Source: Raillietiella orientalis
Taxonomy: Eukaryota
Assembly: GCA_036172245.1 (NCBI GenBank)
Contig: JAYWIR010000003.1
Coordinates: forward strand, 5,580,001 to 5,644,000
Length of the DNA stretch: 64,000 bases
Reading direction: 5' to 3'
Position 1 is the first letter of the stretch; the number at the start of each line of letters is the position of its first letter. Below the pieces are notes generated by a model that saw only the letters and a program-made list of their open reading frames with translations, did not search any database and was not told the origin of the DNA. Shown here piece after piece: positions 27,760 through 39,233 of this stretch. A program made the translations under genes and the position numbers.

Positions 27760-28220
27760 ATAGGAAGGGCTCCGGAGAAGGGAGTCTGCTCCTTTCATGC
27801 CTGGTGTGGAGGGATCTCCAAAGGGAAGCCACCTCCCTCGTTGTCTCCGAAGGGAATCTCCTACCTTATTTTCTCCGGAGGGAACTCCTAAAGGGACCGC
27901 TCCATTCTTTCTTCTCCGGAGGGGACCTGCAAGGGAACCTCTCCTGTTTACTCCTTCCCTGAAGAGAGCCCCAAAGGGACGCTTCCGAATTTTCTCAGAA
28001 GGACACTCCCTGATGGGAGCCGCACGGTTCTTTCAACTCGGGAGAGATGTCACCAATCCATCAGCTCCATGGTACAAGATGGAGGGTCCCCCTCTTCCCC
28101 CCCCGAAGAAATGGGTAAGATCGCTCCTTTGCATAACCGGTGGGGAATCCCAAAGGGCTTCTTGATTTCTGGAAGGACTCCAGAGGCTCGACTCCCAATC
28201 CCGGCCGCTCATCGGGAGCA
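27760..28220 (+). repeat. Unclassified dispersed repeat, copy 2, containing a degenerate ~41-nt tandem array
   Basis: Units start near 27803, 27844, 27872, 27913, 27955 and 27992 (tctccggaggg..c.c.aaaggga...). The 3' part matches the 25441 and 52117 copies. Confidence 0.65.
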
Positions 28221-28237
28221 TACGGTTTGAACCGCTA

Positions 28238-28396
28238 CCAGTGCCGCACCCGGATAGAGACCAACTAGCGTCATCTTGCAGGAGGACCTCGAACCTACGA
28301 CGCGCCCTGTTCTCGGCGTCGATCTTTCCCCAGGTGAGATTCGAACCCACGACTCTTGGTGCCACGCAGGGAGACCTCGGAAGCCACGTGGCCTCC
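28238..28396 (-). mobile_element. tRNA-derived SINE, copy B
   Basis: Minus strand: ggccacgtgg, gtcgtGGGTTCGAATCTC and a second gtcgtAGGTTCGAGGTCC. The body accagtg.c.cacc.gg...ccaac.agcgtc.tc.tgc is shared with copy A. Confidence 0.65.
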
Positions 28397-28799
28397 TGCG
28401 CGGGCTCCAAGGCCGAGTCCAATTCACCGTCCGCCGAGACACTCCGAGACCTCATGGGAACTCGAGAACCGGTCTGGAAAAACGGAGGCCAAGAGTTGCT
28501 CGAATGCCAATCACTGACGGAGCCCTTCGGCACTAGCCGATCACAAGCTGATGAGTCCATCGTTGGATGTTTGTGCCTATTGCACAGCCTTCGTCCGTGC
28601 CCCATTAGGTATCGAGCCCTCGAATACTCGCAAAAGGGTCTCCAGAAAATTCGTTCGGAGGAGGAGGAAACCACGTGGATGAGGCTGGAATCTCAACCCA
28701 GGGGGAAAGTGGGAACAGGGTATGAGCTGGTTTTCCCTTCAGATATCGACTCTGTGCTGACAATAGGGATGGCTACCTCGAAAATCAAGGGAGACACTG

Positions 28800-29000
28800 A
28801 GAAACATAGGAGTGAGCTTTTCCTAACATTGCTGATTGCTGCTGCTCTCCCAGGAAATTTCTGGAGCTTCCTTGGAATTTTCACTTTTTACAGAATTCCA
28901 TTTTATTACCATCGTTTCTCATTGCCTATTACCTGGGTAGCATCGGACGATGAAGGGTTTCTCATGGGTTACCGAATTACTGACGAGAATAATCATCCCC
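28800..29000 (+). mobile_element. Ty3/gypsy RT-RNase H connection remnant
   Basis: NFWSFLGIFTFYR..F...F.LPIT.W....GF resembles the conserved xLRSFLGxxxYYRxF...F..PLT..W segment. Confidence 0.4.
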
Positions 29001-30125
29001 TGAATCGCTTCCAAGGAAATACTGAAGTCGTTTGCAGTATCATTAGGTTTCCAGAGAAAACATGGAAGATCTGAGCCAGATTTGAGAAAAACGCGGACCC
29101 TTTACTCGAAGGAAAAGGGGGAAACATGCAGAAAAAGGAGAAAATAGGGCTCGTCTATGGGAGAAGCAGAAAGCCAAACGCTCGCTGCTGAAGAAGACCA
29201 AAAGACAGAGTACTAAGCAGAGGAAATAAACGAAACGGATCGGCTGAACTTCTGGGAGCGTAGGAAGTGTTCCGGGTTCCATGATGGTTGGGAGCGACTG
29301 CGAGAAACCCTAGCGGGGTCTGCAAGTCTACGCAGAGAGCCGCCCAGCTGTTGGGCGGCGGACCTCTCACTGCGCCATCTGCGAAGACAGGGTTCCTCAG
29401 CAAATTTCCTTTTCCAAACACAACGAGGAAGAGAGGCGAAACGGGTAGGAGAGAGCAGCCTGCATTCAGGCACAGGGGCAGGAGCGGATGCGGGGTGATG
29501 CGAGCGTGGGATTTTTGTGATGTCAGCAGTTGAGGCTCCTCGCTCCTTCACTCTCCAGTTCAGAAAGCTCTTGCGTGCCTGTGAGTGTGAACTTAGCCGT
29601 GAGGTTGCTTTCACCTTTTACCTGAAACAGGAATCTGCGCAACTGTGGTTCCTGAACGCAGATCCTTGACGAGGACGAACCAGACACCAGGAGATGGCTT
29701 AGCTGAGAACGACATCTACCTTCCTTCTCCTCGACTACACCCTTAATTTGCCACAGGGAGGAAGGACATTCCTCGTTTTCCCTCTCAGTCTTTGACTCAC
29801 CACCAGTCTTCCCAGAATGAAATTCGTTCCCTCGCTTTCTACTCAAAGGGGCGCTTTCAAAACGCAGCGTCACAAAGCCTTCGCGATGGCACTGACTGAA
29901 GAGAAATGGCCATTTCTTCTGTTTGTACTGTTTTCCGAAATAAAGCGTATTCGAGCAACAAATCACGCCTTAACACCCGAGGCACTACTGACTTGTCAAC
30001 GAACCGCTACTGCTCAGCTGATGGCTGACAAGCCCAACCAAAATTGCAGAATTTTCGGGGTTTTCGCCTCCGATCTGCGTTCAAAAGAAATTCCCTGGAC
30101 GGAGGGGAGGGATGTCTTCCACGAA

Positions 30126-30153
<28 letters not shown>
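30126..30153. repeat. (TC)14 microsatellite
   Basis: Read directly from the sequence. Confidence 0.95.
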
Positions 30154-30156
<3 letters not shown>

Positions 30157-30539
30157 ACAAAGGGATCATCCATAAGCACAGAAATCCCCTTCCCCGTGTC
30201 TGCAGCATGCCACCACATCCTGTGACACTCACAGTCATGCTCCACGTAACCAAGAGTGCTTGTGGGAAAATTCCGGATCTCAAACCTCAAGCAGCCCCAC
30301 CGTGCGATCACTTCCGCTTCCAAAAGTTTCCGGCTTCCGCTTATCCCACCACTCGGTAACGACCAGAATGAGCCAGCACGAAATTCGAGAGATCTCTGAT
30401 CTCTGATGTGGGCGAGGATCGATTTTAAAGGAAGAAAAGACCAACTGAGAGCTCCTGAGATTTCTAGGAAGGTGATTTTCTATCCTTTTTTTTTTCTCGA
30501 GAGAGTAGCTGGGTAGCTGATCTCATATTAGGAATAGAG

Positions 30540-30850
30540 AGATTGGCGTATGCTTCTCACTTCATAGGTCGAATCACTCATCGTTCCCCTTGCCCTCCAG
30601 CACAGCATTTGAAAGGAAGGCTCTCGTTGAGATGGTAGCGTCCAGCTGCTTTCTCCGAAGACTTTCTTGGTTGTGGAGTTTGCTTCCTCGATTTCCTTCC
30701 GCGTCCAACTGAGCAGAAACCACGCTTCCGCGTGTGATGTACTCATTTTTAACTTGCTCCTCTAGTTCTCATAAGCTATGCACGCCATCAAGGTATTTCA
30801 TATTCACTTCTGTACTTATTCCATGTTCATCAGTTTTGGGTTCCTACAAG
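30540..30850 (-). mobile_element. R4/Dong-like non-LTR retrotransposon RT C-terminal remnant
   Basis: KYLDG....VKNEYITR and, in another frame, LSWTRKEIEEANSTTKKVF, matching the KYLG..K.EY..R / W...EI..LD..TRK pattern recalled for this clade. Confidence 0.4.
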
Positions 30851-32631
30851 TTCTCAAAATGAACCCAGTACATTGAGGGAAAGTAGCTCCGTAGAAACCG
30901 AATTGCACTAAAGAATGTTGAGGAACAGATTTTCCAAGCAAAATTTTACCGCTGATCGGTGACATTGAAGAATTGTATAAGCGCATGGACGAAGGTTGAA
31001 GAATATGTAGAAATAGTAATGTCATTATTAATACTTGCAATTTTGGAAAAACATCCAGCACTAGACTGATTTTATGTTCCTTAATTCAATTTAAGGAAGA
31101 TTTGATTTTTAATTAAAAGTGCTTCCCTGATTAATCTGAAGATCTCCTTGGGAGACAGGATCCTTGGCATCATGAGTTGGGAAGTATGATTCCATATGAT
31201 ATGACTAATATTCTACCTGCTAATGAGTGAATTCAAGTATTTTGGGGCGGTGTAAATTGTAAAATAACATGAAGTTTAAAAACAAGTTCAACAAATCTGA
31301 CAAACGCAAGTTCTGCGTTTCAAAGAATACCCGAGGTTTTAATGAGAATGCTTTAAACAAGTTTTAAAACGAGCAATTCAGAAACAGTAGTGAAGCATTT
31401 AGCGAGTTCCGCAAATTTTTGACAATCGCTCTAAAAAATCGCTTTGCAATGCTTCTATACATAATTTCTATGGACTAAGATCAAGGAAGACATATAAAAC
31501 CCTAAGGTATAAATGTGACCATAGAGAAATATAACGTGACCAGTAACACAGAATCTTAACTTCAATATAAGTGCACGTAATGTATTTTATATGTTACATA
31601 TATTTGAGAACAAATTCCATTGTATTCAGCATACTGGAGAATTCTTTTCGAAGTCTGTATGAGCTCTCGCGAGATTTTTTTTTCTTTTTTCCTGCTTTCG
31701 TTACATCCATCACACCCTTTCCATGCAGCGAACACTTTTATATATAACCAACATTACACCAACGTTACAGTGTTAAATAGTGTATTATTAATGTGAATAA
31801 TTTTTTTTAAAATAAACGACTGAAGTTTACTTGACTGAAAATACAAATTTTGTCGCTATCGTAACAAACGACTTTACCGCTATTCACTGAAATGTAATAA
31901 CAGCAATTTAAACCAATTTTCCCTTTCCACATCTCTGTTAACGTCATTGTAACATGCCCAGTCTCATCAAAAGCAAATGGGCCATATTCAAAGAATTACC
32001 AAACACCACGGGATCATGAAATTGAATAACTTGTACAATAATACTAAATTTCACACAATCCTGAGTTTTCATATTAAGTATGAAATCGATGAAATGCATG
32101 TGTGCCGTTTTAAAAAAATGCATGGATTTACAGAAAACTGAAAGATGGCACCACCGAATAATTGTTTGCATCGAATCATGGTTTTCATACTTCGCGCAAG
32201 GAACAGATGTGAATAGAATGTGCAGAATGAAACATGAGAGAGCAAGCAACCGAGATATATCAGGAAGACGAAGTATGATTTCAACACTATGAAATTTACA
32301 AATGTTTTTTTTTTTTTTTTCATATGAAAACTGGATTCATAGTTAGTTTACATATGTATATATTGGACCTAAATTTGCATTTGGTTTGGTTTTACATATA
32401 GGGGAACTTTCGAAACACGAAATATTTGAAAACGAAATTAAGGGTTCATCTAAACTAAAGATAGCGATGAGGGACAAAATTTCGCATAAATTCTCGTTTT
32501 GTTTTTCATGATGACGAGTGATGTTGAAAGTTATTGCTGTAATTTTCAAGTTACAGTTAGTTTTTGTGTTAGTAAATGTTAGAATACGCCTGTTTACGAT
32601 TTTAATATTTAGAAGGGAAACTCCTATTGCC

Positions 32632-34221
32632 ATGGACTGTTACACACACAAATCCAGATTGCAAAAATGTTTAGCAGAAATCAAAATTCTCATTTCACTA
32701 ACATACACCTTGGTTTTCTTGCTAAGGTATCGATAGGATGAAGGAAAATAATGAAGACCTAGCCAATGCTCTTCAACAGCAACGACTTCTAGGTCAAAAG
32801 TATTCCAAGCAATTATTCAGGGTAAATACTGAAAATCATGCATTAAGGAAGAAAGTACTACATTTAGAAGCAATGCTAGATGATGTTAAGGTTAATATGC
32901 TGGTAGTCATTTTGCAAAGAAAAATACACAACTCTGATGACTCCTCTAATTCATAGCAATATGTGGAACCTGTAAAGTTGGAATTGGAAAATGCAATCAA
33001 ATATGTATCCATGCTGACTGAACATATTGCAAATTCAGCTAGATGCCTGACCCAAATCTCAAATCATATGCAAGGAGCATTACAGATCAACTCTCTCCTG
33101 CATGATGGCTCCAGCAATATCATAGGTGAGTGGCCTGAGCAGCAATCCTGAGATGCAGGTTGTAGCATGTCGCCAGAACCCAGCTCAGTCAGCTAATCTT
33201 AATCACCAATGTAAACCTACTCCTAAGCAGAGAGTCCCTCCAATGATCAGTGGAATCCCCTTACAGAGGCCAAAGATTCCATTGTACCGAGTAGATAGCA
33301 TCAAGCCTTCCAAAAGCAGTAAGTGAAATTAGGATGATAGATTGTAAATGCTGCAGAATCCTTGTCTCAAATCCAAGAAATGCACTTAGATTCACCGATC
33401 AGTGATGATTTTTCCATTAAGGAAAGCAGCACTGACAATCAGCCCAGGCGTGCCAACCGAAAATCTCTAATTGCCATCCCCAGTGAAGACTGGGATGAGC
33501 CTTTTGAAGATGCATTATTGAATGAAATGGAGGAGGAGGACCCGTTAGAAGGTCCCAGCAGTCGTGTAGACAATATCATTAAGAAGATCCAACCCTCAGT
33601 GATATCCATTAATTCATCATGTTTTGAAGAGTTCATTCCAGAAAACTCTTTGTTGACATTGCCTGTAGTTAAACTGAGACGTTTATCACAAGCTGTTAAT
33701 CATCATCCTGCAAGCACCCTTTCTGAATCTTCCATCACAAATTGTAGATCATCAGAGGTCACCATCATACGTGTGGAAGACATGGATCTCACCTATCTTT
33801 CCGACTCTTCTAAAAAGCACAGCTCTCCTGTAGAAAACCTTACAAACTCCCATGCTACCTGTGAGGTAACAGATGACACTGGAGTCCAAACAAGATGTGA
33901 CAATTCTAGCAAGTAAGCTCAGACTGATAATATCATCTGATTGCTTATCAGAGCAACCCATGATGCAGATACAATCAACCAGAGGTTTCTTCAGCACCTT
34001 TGGTATCTGTTAATTTAACAACCAGAAGTTGCCGTCGTGCTGCTAGCCAGATCGGGTCACTTAAAGAACCTAGTCTGCTCATGTAAGATGAACAGCATAC
34101 ATCAAGCCTCATCTCTTTTAGCAAGCTACGCCGTGTGGATGAACCTCCTGGCAAGCAGAAACACAAGCGTTCTACTAAAATCCACCCCATGTCATTGCCG
34201 ATTGATGTGTCTACCATCTAA
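32632..34221 (+). CDS. SGO1: Shugoshin, 422 aa, join(32632..32668,32727..32890,32957..33125,33166..33318,33357..33912,33952..33984,34026..34082,34122..34221)
   Basis: All seven introns are GT-AG and phase-compatible (1269 nt CDS). N-terminal coiled coil RMKENNEDLANAL carries the Asn typical of the PP2A-binding coil. The C-terminal SGO motif RSCRRAASQIGSLKEPSLLIKLRR assembles only after splicing. The first exon and start codon are the least certain part. Confidence 0.92.
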
Positions 34222-34472
34222 GCCTGTCTTCATTTCTACCTCAATTTCCCCCTGTTGAAATTCCTCAGGTTATGGTATCACTTCAGAGTTGACAAATACT
34301 TGGAAGGAATCTCATCTCTGAAGCCAAATTCCTGCAAATGGAATCAGGGCTAACTCACTGTTGTTGCAGTTGCTGAATGTGCAGGATGCCATCAATAACG
34401 CCAATGAAGCTTTAGTGTCACTAAGGCTCCATCAGATAACTTGCACTTACATTGTTCATTGAATGTTATTTT

Positions 34473-34478
34473 ATTAAA
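34473..34478 (+). terminator. Candidate polyadenylation signal (ATTAAA) for shugoshin
   Basis: Lies ~250 nt after the stop, near where the CpG-poor stretch ends. Hexamer evidence only. Confidence 0.35.
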
Positions 34479-35621
34479 TGAGAATGTAGAGGAGAGTATG
34501 TATTTTTAGGCGAGATATCGTTGCAGATATTTTTAAGCGTATAATTTTGGATAGTTATTCGGGTTCACCTTCACGCATTTTTTTGCAAAAATTGCCGTGG
34601 CCTTTTTTGTAAAGTATGTTCAAGTTCAAATTACATGCATGCAATGAATATTTGGTTTGCTTCGAGTCTACTCACACAAAGGGTTTTCATGGATGAAGGG
34701 CAAAAAACCACGATTATGACATTACAAAAATTCAAACAGGTCATTATGCAAACAGTATGTTGTGCATTACAGATATTAATATGAGCTCCTAATTTGATAA
34801 CTTACAAACACGTGGTGCAGCTGGTAATCAGAAAACAATAACATGCACGTTAACTTTTTAAATGCCTCTTGAACAGAAAGTGTTCAATGACTGGGTGCAA
34901 AGAAAGCAATAAAAATCTTTACATGCAACACGGAGCAAAATGTGTGAATGAAAATGGGAATGCCGAATTATGCGGATTCCAAGCAACCGTTATTTTTTCC
35001 CAGCATACCACCTTAATAACCGGAATGAAAAGCAATGCTGTCCGAAGTGAATATGTAAACATATACAAAAAAACTTTATATTTAAAATGTCCCTGCTAAT
35101 ACGCAATTCATTTCGAATAAATAGGATATCCGCCAGCAGACGTAAGGACAGATGAATTTCAAATTCCGAAAGGAAAAAGGATAGCTGTTATGAACGTTTT
35201 TTAAGGGTTTAAAACGTGTTTTTGTGTTAGAAAGTTCTATACTTGAAGAAGAAGAAGAAGAAGGAAAATGTTGAAGAGCATTCAAAATCGGCAAAACACA
35301 TTCCGGTCACCTCCTTCATTATAGCTCAAGCGCAGTTCTGATCTAATTTCTAAGCAGCATAGTAATTACGCTATTTCGGTTGCCAACACGAAAATTCTCA
35401 CAAAATTCATGGTAAATCGAAATGATTTAAATACCACAATTTTGGTGCTACAAAAAAGCTCAGACCAAGGACCATTTCGAGGGACACATTAATTCAGTTT
35501 AGCACCAACTGCATAAAGTTCCACCTTTTAATTTGAAAGAAGTGTTGTTTAGCACTTGACGAATGAATGCCTTGGACCCTTAGGTTTTGCATAATTTACG
35601 CAGAGCAAAGTGAAAATGATG

Positions 35622-35670
35622 TGTTTATCCTAATAAATATGAAATGTTTATCCTAATAAATATGGAATGT
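35622..35670. repeat. 23-bp tandem duplication
   Basis: TGTTTATCCTAATAAATATG(A/G)AA, two copies. Confidence 0.9.
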
Positions 35671-36059
35671 TAAAAGAGGTAAAGGAGATGAATGATAAAC
35701 TCTTCATTTAAAAGCGTCAGAAACAGAGCGACTCTTAATACAGTGCAAGTGCTGAAATGCAGATTCTTATCGATTACCAATTTTTGACGACCGTTGAAAC
35801 GATTATTAATTTCGTTTTTCCTTCTTAATCTACTGGCAATGCTCCAATTAATTTTTCAGCTAACGACCTCTTTTCGAATCTATACCTCTCGCACATCTAT
35901 CCTTGAAAAATACCTTAGCCGATTTGAAACGTTAAAAAAGACTAATTAGTTTATTTCAAATAACTAGTGGCGAAGGAAATTCTCAAAACTCTTTGAGGTT
36001 CCCGATTGGTTTTTTTTTTTCTTTTGATTTCCATGATCAACGTCGGTTCTTTTGAAAAA

Positions 36060-36300
36060 CAATATTTGCAGGACAACTTCTGTTTGACTTCAGGAAATGT
36101 TTGTTTCTTCTAACTAACTGGGATGTAATATTTGTATGCTTCCAAGTAAACCGTTCTTGCCATCACTTTCTGTTTTAGAGGGTCCAGTGGTTAAAGCAGA
36201 CAGCTTGAAAGTTGTATTCAAGAATAGCATCTGAAGCACTCGCACCATCACTTTGATGGTCAGTTTTTAACGCCAGCAGATTTTGAACTTTACTTACTTT
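36060..36300 (-). mobile_element. pogo/Tigger-like DDE transposase remnant
   Basis: NLLAL..DH, MLFLNTT and L*PLD..K...R..Y resemble the LLLD..H / FLP.NTT..LQPLD signature. Confidence 0.35.
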
Positions 36301-37499
36301 ACTTTTGTTTTTCCCCGTACGCACCACGAATAGTTAGATCGAAAGGACAACTGATCTCGTTGTCTTTTTGACCCCTGGTTGCTGGAAAGCGATTTTAAAA
36401 CCAAGCAGCATAGCACAAACGTCAGGGGCATGTTGCAAAGCAAGGATGAGATGTAATAATGCGTTTCATGGAAAATAGGGCATTCCCCTCCTCCTCCCCA
36501 TGTTCTGCCCATTGCTCATTGGAGAAGATTGCATTCAAATATTAAGTGAACTATAGAAGAAGAAATTATGAAATAAATGCTTTATTTCAAAGTAGCAGTG
36601 AGACTGTAGTGAAACTTATGACAAATAAATAACCTTGAACATGACAAAGTAAGCATTCTTAAACATAGGTTCCTGATTTCGGTCGTGCATCTTCGCTTTA
36701 AAACTTTATATTACACCATCGGTGTTTAAAGTGTTCTTGCAAACGTGCTTTTGTCATCGCAAGTGCTGCTGCTGTCAAGAGCAAAAAACTAGAATGACTT
36801 TCCAGGATCCCAGGATTTATCGTGGATCAGAAAGATCAGAATAAGCAATTACAGAAAGACATTTCTGATTTTTGTGTTGTGCATTCCTAGATAATGTCAA
36901 ATCAAAGTCACACGGGAGACTTTTGCAAAGTGAAATTCCAAAAATTCCCAAAAAGTTCGACGGTACTCTTTAATACGGACTATCCACTCTCTAGAGTGCC
37001 ATCGAATTAGATGCATAGTGAATAGTGCAAACTAATTCCAATTCATGTAACTCGACCCCCACCCGTTGCTGTTATCCTTTATGGCTTTCATTTGTCTTTA
37101 TTCGAAGGATTTTCTGGAAGACAAAAAAAAGCTTGAGAGCCGCCAGTTTCTTTGAAGCTCCGAAGAACGCGCTTCAGCATGAATGTTGCCCTGCAAATAA
37201 ATGATTGTCTGCGCTGAGACACAAACACTGATTTATTTGGAAAATCCTTGGAGTGTCCCCATTGGAGTCGGGAGCTCGGGATGTTTTTTCCTACTAATTT
37301 TTTTCGTAACCACATCAGGGTTGCCAGCCTGAGATTTGATTCGAGAACAGAGCCCGAGAGACTTATACGAGCAGGTGAGTGATGGTGACGCGAATTTACT
37401 TCTGCCAGGCGTGGTTTCTCAGGCAAACAACAGTTATGCAAAAAGAAAAGCTCGCCGTAGAAATCTGGGAGTGTTCCTACAATTCAATGGAGGAATACT

Positions 37500-38500
37500 T
37501 CCATTCCCAAGTTGAAAGATTTCCCGTTCTAAGTAAACCCTTTTGGGAGCCCCACTGAAACTTTGCTAATGAGAACTCGATGGTATGTCGAAAGAAAGAA
37601 TCAATGGATCAAAGTTCTGTTTCTGCATATTAAATGTTTTTGCGATTCGGGTCTGCGTATAGCGAAACCGATGAGGAAATTGTGGAAGGAATAGGTAAAC
37701 CTTTACACACCGCCATGGAATGTCTGCATCCATTTAGACATTCACATAATGTGACTTCCCCACATGTAACAGGAAACAAAGGTATAGTGTAGGTGTCTTC
37801 TGTGTGTGGATGGCATTCGGAGAATCTCACATGGCAAAGGTAGAAACCCTCGCTTAAGAAAGCAATCCGCATTTATGGTGACGGGAAGAAACAAGCTCGC
37901 TTAAGTACCTTGTACAGAATATTAGGACTGGTACAAACGACTAGAGCAGACAGGTAGTGGAACAGCACGTAACCTCAAGGATTGGCGAGAATCGGAGATA
38001 TATGCCGTAGGCGAGAATTCTTTATGATTTGAGAAATTTTACCGTTCTAAGGGAAACTTGTACTAACGCAACTCGTTTTTTTTTTTTTTTTGCTGTTGTT
38101 GTTGTTTTTTTTTTTAAAAAAAAAAAACAAGTGAGGGCAATAAGAAAAAGGTGAATAGTACACGGAATGTTTGGGGATAACTTCGTTGAGAAAACCAGCA
38201 GGAAACTTTGCAAAGTGGCCGGCATGGAAATCAGCGACAAAAGGAGTTTCCAATCAAAGAAAACTAAAAGCATGGCAATCCCTTATCCTCTGCCGGCCCA
38301 GCCTGAATAGATCCAGTCAGGAAGAGAGGCAGCACGAAGTGTCCGTTACGGCCGGATACAAAGAAAATGACACGTTCAACATGGAAGCACTCTCCAATAC
38401 CACATCGTGGTAGAGAACAATACAGCCCCACAAAAACTGCCTCCCCTCCTCTGGGAGCTCTGTCGTGTACAAATGAGGACCTGATGGAACAATCGACGGG
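37500..38500 (+). mobile_element. Decayed LINE RT
   Basis: PFGSP (~PQGSP), SAYSE (~AYADD), LKYLV (~KYLG) and KLKAWQSLI..P.L occur in the expected order. Confidence 0.3.
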
Positions 38501-39233
38501 AGAAGCACTGGTAAAAAGGGGAAGCAGTGAAAGAAAAAAAGGAGCTGTAACCTCCCTGCATAAGCACAGGGAATTCAACGCATCACAATAAAATTGAAAT
38601 GAGAACTTTTCGTGGTACGAGCAAAAGCAGGAAACATCATCGAGAAAAAGATACCAAGGAGGGATTTCAGGAAACACAGTCTGGAGCAATAGCAGCTAAG
38701 ATGAATTAGCAGACAGCACTCACATACAAAACTTTCGGCAAAGCCGGGACCGAGGATCCATCCCTACACGCAGGAAGCAGCCTTTCTTTTGCTGGTTCTG
38801 CAAGCAATTCGAACCCAATAGCCCAAGGACGGAATGTGGTGCATAGATGTGGAAGCCAAAAAAAATGTCTTTGTTTTTAATGAGCAAAACGGTCGTGCGA
38901 AGAAGCGATGCCAAAAAGCTGAGATGTAAAAAATGCTGTTAATTAATCAAACGACTGATGAGGCTGTCTTCAAGAAAAGGAAGTAGAATATAAACAGCGA
39001 ATCCAGTAAGGGGGTTTGTGGAGACCACCGGGCTGAGGTTAAAATGAAAGCACTGACTACACGTCGACAGGAAAGTGTTAATCCAAGAAAAAAGGGAAGA
39101 TATTCCCAAATCCAAGTTCGAATAAAGAAGTTCAGTAGATTCAGGGATCAATGAATAAGCAACTAGTCGGGCTGAGAAGTGATGGAGAGTGGTGTTCGAT
39201 TGAGGCGCTTATTCGGTTGCTACTTTCTCTTCA

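Noticed and set aside
27803..28033. CRISPR-like array
   Set aside because: Degenerate head-to-tail units without unique spacers, eukaryotic context and no cas genes.
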